Positions 1 through 9,438 are shown, counted from the stretch's first letter. The stretch is DNA of 64,000 bases from an uncultured Planctomycetota bacterium (GCA_963752285.1 CAVVXN010000001.1:861622-925621); one strand, 5' to 3'. Notes: generated from the sequence alone by a model not told the origin. Translations and numbers: made by a program.

Positions 1-2
1 TC

Positions 3-809
3 GCGGTGCTCGTCTGGGTCGAGCTCAAGAGCCGGGAGCCGGTCGTGGACTTCCGAATCCTCAAGAACGTGCCCCTCGCCGTCGGCTCGGGCATGGGCCT
101 CATCTTCGGCATTGCCCTCTTCGGCTCGACGTTCATCCTCCCGCAGTTCACGCAGGACCTCCTCGGCTACCCCGCGTTCGACGCCGGCCTGACGCTGCTC
201 CCCCGCGCGATCACGCTCTTCCTGGTGATGCCGCTCGTGGGGAAGCTCTACGGGAAGATCGACTCTCGCGTCCTGGTCGGCCTCGGGCTCCTCGTCATCT
301 TCTGGTCGTTTCACGACCTGGCCGGGCTCTCGCTCGACGCCGGCTTCTGGAACCTGGTGCCCATGCTCCTCCTGATGGGCGCGGGCATGCCGTTCATGTT
401 CGTGACGCTCACGACCGTCTCGCTCAGCACGATCCCCCGCGAGGACATGACCCAGGCGTCCAGCATCTACACGCTGTCCCGCCGGGTGGGGGGGAACATC
501 GGCTACGCGTTCGTCGCGACGATCGTCGCGCACCGCATGCAGCTCCACCGCGTGCGGCTGGTCGAGCACCTCACCCCGTACGAGCCGCACGTCCGCGCGT
601 GGATCGGCGGGCTGACGGAGCGCATGGCGGAAATCGGCCGTGGTCCGCGCGCCGCGGCCGACGCCGCCCTGAAGACCGTGGACGGCCTGGTCTCACGCCA
701 GTCGGCGATGCTGGCCTACAACGACGCCTCACTGATCCTCGGCGTCCTCCTCCTGGTGACGATCCCGCTGATCTTCTTCCTCCCCGGCCGCCACGCCACC
801 GGGAGCTGA
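3..809 (+). CDS. DHA2 family MFS efflux permease (EmrB/QacA type), 5' truncated by the window edge
   Basis: Multiple TM helices; EPVVDFRILKN, LLGYPAFDAGL, ASSIYTLSRRVGG and AMLAYND are typical of the EmrB C-terminal half. Confidence 0.88.
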   Translation, partial: AVLVWVELKSREPVVDFRILKNVPLAVGSGMGLIFGIALFGSTFILPQFTQDLLGYPAFDAGLTLLPRAITLFLVMPLVGKLYGKIDSRVLVGLGLLVIFWSFHDLAGLSLDAGFWNLVPMLLLMGAGMPFMFVTLTTVSLSTIPREDMTQASSIYTLSRRVGGNIGYAFVATIVAHRMQLHRVRLVEHLTPYEPHVRAWIGGLTERMAEIGRGPRAAADAALKTVDGLVSRQSAMLAYNDASLILGVLLLVTIPLIFFLPGRHATGS

Positions 810-871
810 CCCTCGGCGCCGCTACCATGGGCGGCTCGCCCGGAGGCGGGACCGTCCCGGAGGGATTCCAG

Positions 872-1891
872 GTGACCAGGGAAGCGCTCGTGCATCCGGC
901 CCTCGCGTCGATGGTCCGCGCCGTGCGGGCCGCGAGTCGCATCACGTGCGCGGTGCAGGCCGACCTCGTCTCGGCGGCGACCTTGGGCAAGGAGGACCAC
1001 AGCCCCGTGACGGTCGGCGACTTCGCGGCGCAGGCCGTCGTGGCCCGCACGCTTCGCGAGGCGTTCTCCGACGTGCCGCTCGTCGCGGAGGAGGGGACGG
1101 GGCTCCTCGCAAGGCCGGAGAACCGCGAGGTGCTCGAGGCGGTCGTGCGCGAGGTGCGCCGCGAGTGGAAGGACGCCGAGGCGGATGACGTCCTCTCCGC
1201 GATCGCGCACGGCGATCGCGAGGCGCGCGGCCTGCTCCGGTTCTTCACCCTCGATCCGATCGACGGGACGAAGGGATTCCTCCGCGGAGAGCACTACGCC
1301 GTCGCGCTGGCCCTGATCGAGGGCGGGCGTGTGGTCGCCGGCGTCCTCGCCGCGCCGAACCTGGAGGGCCAGGGCGGCGCGCGCGGCGCGCTCTTCGCGG
1401 CGAGCCGGGGCGAGGGCGCGTTCGAGCTGCCCCTCGGGGGCGGGGGCGAGGGCGGGGGCGAGGGCGGCGGCGAGGACGGGAGCGAGGGCCGCGCGATCGC
1501 CGTGTCGGGCGTCTCCGACCCGAGCCAGGTCCGGATCTGCGAGTCGGTGGTCAAGGCGCACTCGCACGGCGGGAAGGCGGCGGAGGTGGCGGCGCGCCTC
1601 GGTGTCGCCGTTTTGCCCGTGAGGATGGACAGCCAGGTCAAGTACGCGCTGGTCGCGCGGGGCGACGCCGAGCTCTATCTGCGCATCCCGCGCAACGACC
1701 AGTACGAGGAGAAGATCTGGGACCATGCGGCCGGTTCGCTCGTCGTGACGGAAGCCGGCGGGCGCGTGACCGACGTGCTCGGACGGCCCCTCGACTTCTC
1801 GCGCGGCCGGACCCTGGTCGAGAACTCGGGCATCGTCGCGAGCAACCGGCGTGTCCACGACGCGGTGCTCGCCGCGCTCCGCGAGATCTGA
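872..1891 (+). CDS. 3'(2'),5'-bisphosphate nucleotidase, HAL2/SAL1-like (inositol monophosphatase superfamily)
   Basis: KEDHSPVTVGDF, VAEE, LDPIDGTKGFLRG, RMDSQVKY and EKIWDHAAG motifs; GTG at 872 has GGAGG upstream (alternative ATG at 827). Confidence 0.9.
   Translation: MTREALVHPALASMVRAVRAASRITCAVQADLVSAATLGKEDHSPVTVGDFAAQAVVARTLREAFSDVPLVAEEGTGLLARPENREVLEAVVREVRREWKDAEADDVLSAIAHGDREARGLLRFFTLDPIDGTKGFLRGEHYAVALALIEGGRVVAGVLAAPNLEGQGGARGALFAASRGEGAFELPLGGGGEGGGEGGGEDGSEGRAIAVSGVSDPSQVRICESVVKAHSHGGKAAEVAARLGVAVLPVRMDSQVKYALVARGDAELYLRIPRNDQYEEKIWDHAAGSLVVTEAGGRVTDVLGRPLDFSRGRTLVENSGIVASNRRVHDAVLAALREI
1439..1486 (+). repeat. 12-bp in-frame tandem repeat (GGCGGGGGCGAG x4, last copies degenerate) encoding GGGE-GGGE-GGGE-DGSE
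   Basis: Directly visible; lies in a presumed loop of the nucleotidase. Confidence 0.85.
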
Positions 1892-1900
1892 CGGTCCGTC

Positions 1901-2524
1901 GTGATCGCCGCACTTCTGGTCGGCGTCGCGTTCGGCTTCTTCGGATCGGTCCCGGTCGCCGGCCCCGTGTCCGTGGTCGTGTTCGTCCGCGGCGCGGAAG
2001 GGCACGTGCGAAGCGGCCTGGCCACCGCCATCGGCGGGGCCCTGGCGGAGGGGATCTACGCGTTCCTCGCGGTCTGGGGGTTCAGCACGTTCCTCGTGCG
2101 GCACCCCTGGATCGAGCCGGTCTCGAACGGACTCGCCGCGGCGATCCTGCTCCTCCTGGGCGTCCTGTTCCTCCGCCGCAAGCCCCACGAGCTCCCGAAG
2201 GACCCCGGGGCCCACGGGCGGAGCCTGTTCGTGGGGTTCCTGCTCGTCGCGCTGAACCCGACGCTCATCGCGACGTGGACCGCCGCCACGGCGGTCCTCT
2301 ACTCGAGCGGCCTCCTCTCGCTCGAACCGATCCGGGCGGTGCCCCTGGCGATCGGCGCCGCGGCGGGCATCGTGGCGTGGTTCTCGCTCCTGCTCGCGCT
2401 GGTCTCGCGCTTCCGCGAGCGTTTCGGACTCGAAACGATGAACCGCCTCCTCCACGGGATGGGTTGGGTCCTCCTCGCCCTGGGCGGCGCGTTCACCGTG
2501 AACTTCGTCTGGCACCTCGCCTGA
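1901..2524 (+). CDS. LysE/RhtB family translocator
   Basis: About 207 aa and hydrophobic; PVAGP near the N-terminus, G..G...AE and GFLLVALNP motifs. Confidence 0.8.
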   Translation: MIAALLVGVAFGFFGSVPVAGPVSVVVFVRGAEGHVRSGLATAIGGALAEGIYAFLAVWGFSTFLVRHPWIEPVSNGLAAAILLLLGVLFLRRKPHELPKDPGAHGRSLFVGFLLVALNPTLIATWTAATAVLYSSGLLSLEPIRAVPLAIGAAAGIVAWFSLLLALVSRFRERFGLETMNRLLHGMGWVLLALGGAFTVNFVWHLA

Positions 2525-2535
2525 CGGGGGCGGGC

Positions 2536-3900
2536 ATGGCGTGTGCAAGCGCGTCGCGCGTGGGACGCACCTGGCTCTCCCTCGTTCTGGGCGTCGTCGT
2601 CGTCGTCGTCGTCGGGCTGGCGGTCGCCTTCGCGCTCCGCCCCGAGGCCTCCCCGCGCGGCGCGCCCCTCGAGCGGACGGCGCGGACGCCGCGGACGACC
2701 GACGCGCCCGTGCGGCTCGCGGGGCGGGCGCCCGACCCCGACGCCGGCGCCGGGGAGGCGGGGCGCCTCCGCACGGAGGAGACCTCGTCGCGGGACGAGA
2801 GAGAGGCCGACGCTCCCTCGGACGGGATCGCGGGCACGCTCGTCCTCTCGGACGGGACGGGGGTCGCCGCGTTCGTCCCCGTCCGCGCCGTGCGCCAGGG
2901 CGACGCCGCGAGCGAGGCGATGGAGGCCCGCGCGCGCTGGGCGCGGGCCGACGCGTCGGGCGACTTCGAGCTTGAGGGCCTCCCTCCGGGGACGTACCTC
3001 GTGAGCGTGCCGGGGAACCGCGCGCCCGCCGTCGTCGCCACGCCCGGCGGCGAGCTCTTGCGCATCGTGGTGGAGGTCACCCGCTATCACGTGCGCGTGC
3101 TGGGCGAGGACGACCAGCCCATCCCCGCGCGCATCGTGGCCGAGCGGATCACGTGGGGCCCCGGGTGCGTTCGCTCGTCGGCGTGCGAGGCGAAGGGCGG
3201 CGTGGCGACCCTCGCGGCCGCGGCCGGGGCCCGGGTCGCATTCGGTGCGGCGACGGTCGACGGCGCGTTCGGCGAGACCGAGGTCGAGACGCCCGGAGGC
3301 GAGGGGACCCGCGAGGTCGTCGTGCGACCTCGGCGCGCCGAGGGCCCGCCGGGCTCGATCCGTCTCCTCCTCGAAGGCGAGGACGGGACGTTGCTTCGCG
3401 CCGCACGGGTGTTCCTTCGGACCCCGCTCACCGGTCTCTTGGTGAAGGACCTCGGGGACGCGTCCGCGGGCGGCGTGCTCCGCCCGGTCCCGCCGGGTCG
3501 GTGGGAGGTGCGCGTGGGGCGGCCGTTCGAGAGCGGCGACCCCGCGCGGACGTGCTGGTTCACCGCGCGGGGGACCGTCGAGGTCCGCCCGGGCGTCCCG
3601 GAGGACCTGCGGCTCCTGGCGCGAGAGGGCGCGCGTCTCGAGCTCCGCGTGGACTCCGCGTTTCCCGACGACGACTCGTCCCACTTCCCCTACGCCTCCG
3701 CGCGGCGCGTCGATGTCGCCGACGCGGCGGCGAAGACCTCGCTCTGGCCGGACTGGGGCGTGGACGAGCTCTCCGACGTCCTCGAACCGGGCACGTACCG
3801 GGTCGAGGTCGAGGCCGCCGGTCACGAAACCGCGACGCGCGAGATCGACCTGCCCGTGGGCCGGGTGACGCGCCTGGAGGTCACGCTGGACCCCGAGTGA
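2536..3900 (+). CDS. Membrane-anchored protein with carboxypeptidase regulatory-like (prealbumin-fold) repeats
   Basis: N-terminal TM (poly-Val), ADASGDFELEGLPPGTYLV, PPGRWEVRV and EPGTYRVEVEAAGH repeats. Confidence 0.75.
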   Translation: MACASASRVGRTWLSLVLGVVVVVVVGLAVAFALRPEASPRGAPLERTARTPRTTDAPVRLAGRAPDPDAGAGEAGRLRTEETSSRDEREADAPSDGIAGTLVLSDGTGVAAFVPVRAVRQGDAASEAMEARARWARADASGDFELEGLPPGTYLVSVPGNRAPAVVATPGGELLRIVVEVTRYHVRVLGEDDQPIPARIVAERITWGPGCVRSSACEAKGGVATLAAAAGARVAFGAATVDGAFGETEVETPGGEGTREVVVRPRRAEGPPGSIRLLLEGEDGTLLRAARVFLRTPLTGLLVKDLGDASAGGVLRPVPPGRWEVRVGRPFESGDPARTCWFTARGTVEVRPGVPEDLRLLAREGARLELRVDSAFPDDDSSHFPYASARRVDVADAAAKTSLWPDWGVDELSDVLEPGTYRVEVEAAGHETATREIDLPVGRVTRLEVTLDPE

Positions 3901-3922
3901 CCGGCCGCTGTCCTCGACACGC

Positions 3923-3928
3923 TATCCT
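3923..3928 (+). promoter_or_regulatory. Putative -10 hexamer (TATCCT) upstream of the C25-LanC fusion gene
   Basis: TAnnnT hexamer about 30 nt before a GGAGG-preceded ATG at 3958. Confidence 0.4.
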
Positions 3929-3957
3929 GTCCCCTCGAACTCGATCCCGGAGGTGCC

Positions 3958-6699
3958 ATGAGCGAGTCGGCGACGGGCCAGACGCGCCGGGTCCGGCAGG
4001 CGGGGTTCCTGACGGTCGTCGGCCTCGGGATCGCGACCCTCCTGACGCTCGCGAAGGCGACGTGGGGGGACGGAGACCCCGGGCGCGCGGGCCTCGCGGA
4101 TCCGGTGGTCCTCGTCGGCGTCGGCGAGGGCGACCCCTACTACGCGGTGGCGGTTCGACTCGCGAAGTCGCGATCGGCGCCGATCGTCCGCTTCGATCCG
4201 GCGGCTCCCGACGCCGTGTTGCCGCGTCTCCGGGAGCTCGCGCCGACGGACGCGATCGTCGTCGTCCGGCCCGAGCAGATCGACGTGAGCTTTGTGCGAC
4301 GCTTCCTTGTCATGGCGACCCGCGTGGACGACGACCCGTTCGTGGACTTCGCCTACGGGTTCGTCACCGGCTCGACGCCCCTCGAAGCCCTCGCGTTCGC
4401 CGATCGGATCGACCGCGCGCGTACCGCGCCGAAGCCCGATACGGTCGCCCAGTCCTACGTCGTCGGGGGCCCGGGCACGTCTCGATCCCGGACCGGGCGC
4501 TACACGCTGGGTTCGCGGTCGTGGGGGCTCCACGAGCTCCAGTTCGTCGCCCCCGCCGACGAGAAGGACGGGCGCGACCAGGCGTTCCTCGACCAGCACC
4601 TGAAGGAGATCCAGGGCTCGGCGGCGATCCTGATGGGCGGCCACGGGATGCCCTGGGAGATCGGAAACGGACCGCAGGCCGAGGACGTCGCGCGCCTCGA
4701 CCTCTATCCCGCGGTCGCGTTCAACTACGCGTGCTACACGGGCGTCACCCGGCGGTGGCCGGAGCTCCGGTACGACGACGGCGCCTACGTGTCGGAGACG
4801 CACGAGGTCGAACCCGGGAAGAGCTTCGCGCTCGCCATGATCCACGCGGGGATCGTGGGCTACGTCGCGTACGTGAACCCGCGACCCGCGGGTCCCGAGA
4901 TGACGACCGACTTCGAGCAGGTCCTCGCGGGCGCCTCGATGGGCGCCGCGCGGCGGCGAGACCTCGCGAAGGTGGCGCTCGGCTACCTCGGCTTCGGCGA
5001 GCCGGGCGTCGTCCCGCCCGACTGGGTCGCGGGCGAGCGGACGCCGCTCGCGAAGGTCGATGCCGTACGAAACCTCATGCTCGACGGCGCCACGGGCGGC
5101 ATCCTCTATGGCGACCCGGCGTATGCGCCCTTTCCCTCGCATCCGGAAGACCTGCCGCTCCAGACCACCGTGGCGCCGAAGGGCGACGAGCTCGAGATCA
5201 CCCTCGAGATGGCCGCGCGCTCCGTGTACCTCTGGTGCGCCGATCCCTTCCGCCGCGCGGGCGATCGCGACATGGCGATGAAGCTCTACGACCGTGTCGA
5301 GCTCCCCGCCGGCCTGAAGACGGTTCGCTCCGTCCGCGTCGTCGAGGCCACGTGGGGCGGCAAGCCGATCGAGACGCTCGACCCCGTCTGGGCGCTGGAG
5401 CAGGACCAGGGCCACCGCTACCTCCACGTGAAACCCGGGTTCGCCCGCGGCGGCGAGGGGCGCCTCCGGATCGTGCTCGTCGCGAGCGCGCGCGAGGTGG
5501 CCGCCGTGCGCGCGTCGCCGCCGCACCCGGTGCCCGCCGCGAAGCCCGTGGACCTCGCCGACCCGGCCGAGTGCCGCCGGCTCGCGATGGAGGTGGGCGA
5601 CGAGGTGATCCGCCGCCGGGGCGAGCTCTCGGACGCGTGGGTCTACGACGGGCGCGCGGGCGCCGCGCTCTTCCTGTTCGACCTGTTCGGCGCGACGGGG
5701 GAGGAGCGCTACCAGGTCGCGGCCGACGACCTCGTCCGCGCGGCGGAGCAGGCCGACGGGGACGCGGGCCTCTACACCGGGCTCGCCGGCGTCGGCCAGG
5801 TGCTGCTCGAGGCCGCGCGCGTGACGAAGGACGCGTCCTACCGCGACCGCGCGGCGGCCGTCGCGAAGCGACTCCCCCCGGCGCGAGGCGCCGACGTGAT
5901 CTCGGGCGCCGCCGGGACGGGGTTCTTCCTCCTCTCGCTCTACGCCGCGACCCGCGACCGCGCCTGGCTCGACGAGGCGATCGGGCTCGGCGAGCGGCTC
6001 GACGCCGCGGCGATCCGCGAGGAGGGCGAGGCCCGATGGAAGGTCTCGCCGGAGCTCGACCGGGTCTACGTCGGCTTCTCGCACGGCGCGGCGGGCGTCG
6101 GCACGTTCCTCGTGGCGCTCGCGAAGGCCACGGGCGACGACCGCTGGCTCGCGCTCGCTCGAGAGGCGGCGGCGTTCGTCGTCGCGCGTGCGCACGACGA
6201 CGGCCACGACGGATGGGCGTGGACGAAGACGGACCCGCCGGCAAAGGACGCGCCCTTCCCCGTGCAGTGGTGCCACGGCAGCCCGGGCATCGCGCTCTTC
6301 TTCGGCGCGCTCGCCGACGCGACCGGAGGCGACGGGGCCGGGGGCGGCAGGACCGACGCGGACGGGTACCGCGCGGCGCTCTCTCGAAGCGTGGCGAACG
6401 ATCTTTGGGAGGGGCGCACCGCGCGCGCGGGGGGATGCCTCTGCCACGGGAAGGCGGGGAACGCGCTCGTGCTCCTCGACGTCGACCGCCGCCGGCCCGA
6501 TCCCGCGCTCCGGGCCGCGGCGCGGGCCTTCGCGTCCGACCTCGTCGCCGAGGGCCACGTGCGGCTCTCGCTCGGGAGCTACGCGTACGGGCCCGGCTAC
6601 ATGACGGGCCTCTCGGGCATCGGTCGCTTCTTCCTCTGCCTCGCGGACCCCGCGACCGTGCCGCCGGTGATCCTGCCGCCCGACGACGGCGGGGCCTGA
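3958..6699 (+). CDS. Fusion protein: signal/TM + peptidase C25 (gingipain/clan CD)-like domain + C-terminal LanC-like domain
   Basis: C25-like: DDDPFVDFAYGFVTGSTPLEA, MGGHG (H229), FNYACYTG (C259), ILYGDP. LanC-like: GLYTGLAG, DVISGAAG, GFSHGAAG (H709), QWCHGSPG (C772), CLCHGKAG (C829,H830), GYMTGLSG. Confidence 0.8.
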   Translation: MSESATGQTRRVRQAGFLTVVGLGIATLLTLAKATWGDGDPGRAGLADPVVLVGVGEGDPYYAVAVRLAKSRSAPIVRFDPAAPDAVLPRLRELAPTDAIVVVRPEQIDVSFVRRFLVMATRVDDDPFVDFAYGFVTGSTPLEALAFADRIDRARTAPKPDTVAQSYVVGGPGTSRSRTGRYTLGSRSWGLHELQFVAPADEKDGRDQAFLDQHLKEIQGSAAILMGGHGMPWEIGNGPQAEDVARLDLYPAVAFNYACYTGVTRRWPELRYDDGAYVSETHEVEPGKSFALAMIHAGIVGYVAYVNPRPAGPEMTTDFEQVLAGASMGAARRRDLAKVALGYLGFGEPGVVPPDWVAGERTPLAKVDAVRNLMLDGATGGILYGDPAYAPFPSHPEDLPLQTTVAPKGDELEITLEMAARSVYLWCADPFRRAGDRDMAMKLYDRVELPAGLKTVRSVRVVEATWGGKPIETLDPVWALEQDQGHRYLHVKPGFARGGEGRLRIVLVASAREVAAVRASPPHPVPAAKPVDLADPAECRRLAMEVGDEVIRRRGELSDAWVYDGRAGAALFLFDLFGATGEERYQVAADDLVRAAEQADGDAGLYTGLAGVGQVLLEAARVTKDASYRDRAAAVAKRLPPARGADVISGAAGTGFFLLSLYAATRDRAWLDEAIGLGERLDAAAIREEGEARWKVSPELDRVYVGFSHGAAGVGTFLVALAKATGDDRWLALAREAAAFVVARAHDDGHDGWAWTKTDPPAKDAPFPVQWCHGSPGIALFFGALADATGGDGAGGGRTDADGYRAALSRSVANDLWEGRTARAGGCLCHGKAGNALVLLDVDRRRPDPALRAAARAFASDLVAEGHVRLSLGSYAYGPGYMTGLSGIGRFFLCLADPATVPPVILPPDDGGA

Positions 6700-6711
6700 C
6701 CCGGGCCCGGC

Positions 6712-7146
6712 TCAGGTCGGCCCGTCGGGTCCTCGCGGGCGTTGGGCGAGGGCGAGGACGCGTCGCCAGCCCTCTCTGGGGACCGCGGCGACGCTCAATC
6801 GCGGGAAGGTCAGCAGCTCCCAGCCTTCGAGCGACGCCACGCTTCGGAGCTCGCGAAGCGACACGGGCCGCGCGAGCAGGACGGGCGGCGCGAGCACGAC
6901 GACGACGTCGCCCGGCCTTTCGCCCCGCCGATCGGCGTGGGGCGCCTTCTCGACCTTCGTGCGCGCGACGATCCGTGGCCGCGACCCGGTGTACTGGAGG
7001 AGGACCTCGTCGCCGCGCCGCATCTCGAGGAGCCGGCGCCGCGAGGGGGGGCTTCGGACGCCGCGGTGCCAGACGGGCCGTCTCGCGCCGAGCGCCTCCG
7101 GGGGAAGGCGGGCCGTCGAGGTCTTCACGAGCCAGCGCCGAAACAT
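6712..7146 (-). CDS. EVE domain-containing protein (divergent)
   Basis: WLVKT..., GVRS...RRLLEMRRGDEVL..YTG, RPVSLRELR, PRLSVAAV...W follow the EVE/PUA-like pattern. Confidence 0.75.
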   Translation of the reverse strand: MFRRWLVKTSTARLPPEALGARRPVWHRGVRSPPSRRRLLEMRRGDEVLLQYTGSRPRIVARTKVEKAPHADRRGERPGDVVVVLAPPVLLARPVSLRELRSVASLEGWELLTFPRLSVAAVPREGWRRVLALAQRPRGPDGPT

Positions 7147-7214
7147 GCCGCGCCTCCGAGAACGTCCCCCTCCATCGCGCGGGGAGGCGCCTCGGTCACA
7201 CGGCGAGCATCCGG

Positions 7215-7805
7215 CTACGCCCCCTGCCCGAGCTCGTAGCGCGAGGCGACCAGGCCCTCGGCCAGGAAGGCGGGGCTCGAGAGGAGGATCGTCGCGCCGT
7301 CGAGGTCGGCGAGGGCGGCGCGCACCTGGTCGATCCCGGCCGCGTCGAGCTCGGCCAGGGGCTCGTCCAGGAGGAGGAGGCGAGGCCGGACGGCCAGCGC
7401 GCGGGCCAGCGCCACGCGGCGTCGCTCGCCGCCGGAGAGCCCGAAGACCGGCTGGTCCGCGATCTTCCCGATGCCCATGCGCTCGATCCAACCCATCGCC
7501 CTCGCGCGCGCGGTCGCGCCGTGCTCGCCCCGCGCGTGGACGCCGTAGAGCACGTTCGTGAGGACCGTGCCGCGGAAGAGCCAGGGGGACTGGTGCACGT
7601 ACACACGGTCGTGGGGGGGCGCGGCGATCTCGACCGTCCCTTGGAAGTCGCGTTCCAGGCCTCCGAGCACCCGGAGAAGGGTCGTCTTCCCGGACCCGTT
7701 CGGGCCGACCACGCCCACGCGGGCGCCGTCCGGCACCTCGAAGTCGGGCACGCGGCAGATCGTGCGCCCCTCCTTCTCGACCGTGAGCCCGTGGACGCGG
7801 ATCAT
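7215..7805 (-). CDS. tupC: Tungstate ABC transporter ATP-binding subunit
   Basis: Walker A GPNGSGKT, LSGGE signature, LLLDEP; ATGA overlap with the permease. Confidence 0.82.
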   Translation of the reverse strand: MIRVHGLTVEKEGRTICRVPDFEVPDGARVGVVGPNGSGKTTLLRVLGGLERDFQGTVEIAAPPHDRVYVHQSPWLFRGTVLTNVLYGVHARGEHGATARARAMGWIERMGIGKIADQPVFGLSGGERRRVALARALAVRPRLLLLDEPLAELDAAGIDQVRAALADLDGATILLSSPAFLAEGLVASRYELGQGA

Positions 7806-8506
7806 CGACGGCCCCGCCGCTCTTCGCGCCCCACCAGGGCGATTCCGACGGTCACGAGCAGCGCGATGAACAGGAGGATCAGTCCCATCGCCATGCCGCG
7901 GCTGAACTCCCCCTTGCCCGTCTCGAGGGCCGTCGCGGTGGCGAGGGTGCGCGTCCGGTGCTTGATGTTGCCCCCGACCATCATCGCGATGCCGAGCTCG
8001 GTGACGCAACGGGCGAACGACATCAGCAGGCCGAGGATCACGCCCGTGCGCGCCTCCGAGAGGTACGTCCACCAGCGACGGAGCGGGCCGGCCCCCAGCG
8101 TCATCGCCGTCTCGGCGACACGCGCGTCGAGGGATCGGATCGCCCCGTGGCTCACGGACGCGACGATCGGCAGCGCGAGGACCAGCTCGCCGATGACGAT
8201 CGCCCAGGGCGTGTAGAGCAGGTCCATCGACGAGAGCGGCCCGCGGCGCGAGAACAGCGCGAAGCAGACGAGTCCCACGAAGACGGTCGGGAACGCCATC
8301 GCGGCGCGGAACGCGGTCACGACCACGCGGCGGCCCGGGAACGACAGCCGCGCCAGGCCCGAGCCGAGGGGCAGGCCCAGGAGCGCCGCGAGGCCGACGG
8401 CCAGGCACGAGATCCACAGACTGCGCCACGCGGCGTCCAGGACGAGAGGATCGCCCGAGCCGATGAGGCGGCCCGCCTCCCGGACGCCCTCCCAGATCAG
8501 GTCCAT
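7802..8506 (-). CDS. tupB: Tungstate ABC transporter permease
   Basis: FPGR, SRRGPL, LLYTPWA, MMVGGNIKHRTRTLATA...ETGKGEF are TupB hallmarks. Confidence 0.9.
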   Translation of the reverse strand: MDLIWEGVREAGRLIGSGDPLVLDAAWRSLWISCLAVGLAALLGLPLGSGLARLSFPGRRVVVTAFRAAMAFPTVFVGLVCFALFSRRGPLSSMDLLYTPWAIVIGELVLALPIVASVSHGAIRSLDARVAETAMTLGAGPLRRWWTYLSEARTGVILGLLMSFARCVTELGIAMMVGGNIKHRTRTLATATALETGKGEFSRGMAMGLILLFIALLVTVGIALVGREERRGRR

Positions 8507-8516
8507 GACGGGGCGT

Positions 8517-9347
8517 TCAGTCCGGCTTCGCCGGGTGCAGCGGGTGGAAGAGGACCTCGCCCTCGAGCCGGTACCCGCCGATGGCCTTCTGCGTCGAGGG
8601 CGCGATCAAGAAGTCGGCGAACGCCTGCGCGAGGCTCGTGTCGATGCCCGGTCCGTTCTTCGGGTTCACCACGATCACGCCGTAGGGGTTCCTCAGGTTC
8701 TCGCCGTCGGTGACGATCTCGGCGAGGTCGATCCGCTTCCTGAACTTCAGGTACGTGCCACGATCCGTCAGGACGTAGGCCTTCATCTGGTCGGCCATCG
8801 TGAGGGTGGCGCCCATCCCCTGTCCGCTCTCGACGTAACCCGCCCAGGGCGTGAGGCCGCCCGCGGCCTGCCAGAGCTGCTTCTCCCGCTTGTGCGTTCC
8901 GCTCTCGTCGCCGCGGGACACGAAGGGAGCCTTCGCCGCGGCGACCGCCTTCAGCGCGTCCTCGGGGGAGAGGCCCTTCGCGTGGGCGGGGTCGCCGGCC
9001 GGGCCGAGGATCTCGAACGTGTTCCACATCACGTCCTCGCGCCGGATGCCGTGACCGGCCGCCATGAACGCGTCCTCGGCCTTCCGCGCATGCACGAGCA
9101 CGACGTCGGCGTCGCCCGTCTCGCCGAGCTTGAGCGCCGCGCCGGTCCCGACGGCGACGACGTCCACGCGGCAGCCCCGCTGCTTCTCGAACATCGGGAC
9201 CAGGAGGTCGAGGAGTCCCGAGTCCCGCGTGCTCGTCGTGGTCGCGAGGCGGAGCACCGCGCCCGGCGTCCCCGGCGCCTTCGATCCGCAGCCGACGAGC
9301 ACCGTCACCAGTGCCCACGCCAGCACGAGCCGTCGCGTCGGTGCCAT
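8517..9347 (-). CDS. tupA: Tungstate ABC transporter substrate-binding lipoprotein
   Basis: Lipobox LVGC; LATTTSTRDSGLL (TTTS motif), VAVGTG, SRGDESGTH, GQGMG; GGAGG RBS. Confidence 0.92.
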   Translation of the reverse strand: MAPTRRLVLAWALVTVLVGCGSKAPGTPGAVLRLATTTSTRDSGLLDLLVPMFEKQRGCRVDVVAVGTGAALKLGETGDADVVLVHARKAEDAFMAAGHGIRREDVMWNTFEILGPAGDPAHAKGLSPEDALKAVAAAKAPFVSRGDESGTHKREKQLWQAAGGLTPWAGYVESGQGMGATLTMADQMKAYVLTDRGTYLKFRKRIDLAEIVTDGENLRNPYGVIVVNPKNGPGIDTSLAQAFADFLIAPSTQKAIGGYRLEGEVLFHPLHPAKPD

Positions 9348-9426
9348 ATCGCCTCCCTTTGCGTCGCCGCCGTCGTGCCCGGCCGCGCGGGACCGCGACC
9401 CGGTCGGCCATCCGGGCCGGCGAGGA

Positions 9427-9432
9427 TACCCT
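9427..9432 (+). promoter_or_regulatory. Putative -10 (TACCCT) 6 nt before ATG; leaderless candidate
   Basis: TAnnnT then CTCCCG then ATG at 9439; no SD. Confidence 0.5.
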
Positions 9433-9438
9433 CTCCCG

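Noticed and set aside
2592..2613. (GTC)n microsatellite as a phase-variation tract
   Set aside because: In-frame trinucleotide run encoding the poly-Val TM helix; slippage would not shift the frame
3153..8216. 1687-aa plus-strand ORF and similar very long Arg/Gly/Pro-rich ORFs (e.g. 12589-16107, 24275-27700, 32674-37128, 32877-37073, 39027-42743)
   Set aside because: Shadow or antisense frames of real genes; stop codons are rare at this GC content and the translations have no motifs
1..9400. Lanthipeptide biosynthetic cluster around the LanC-like gene
   Set aside because: No LanB/LanM/LanKC dehydratase, no convincing precursor ORF and no peptide exporter; the neighbouring ABC system is TupABC
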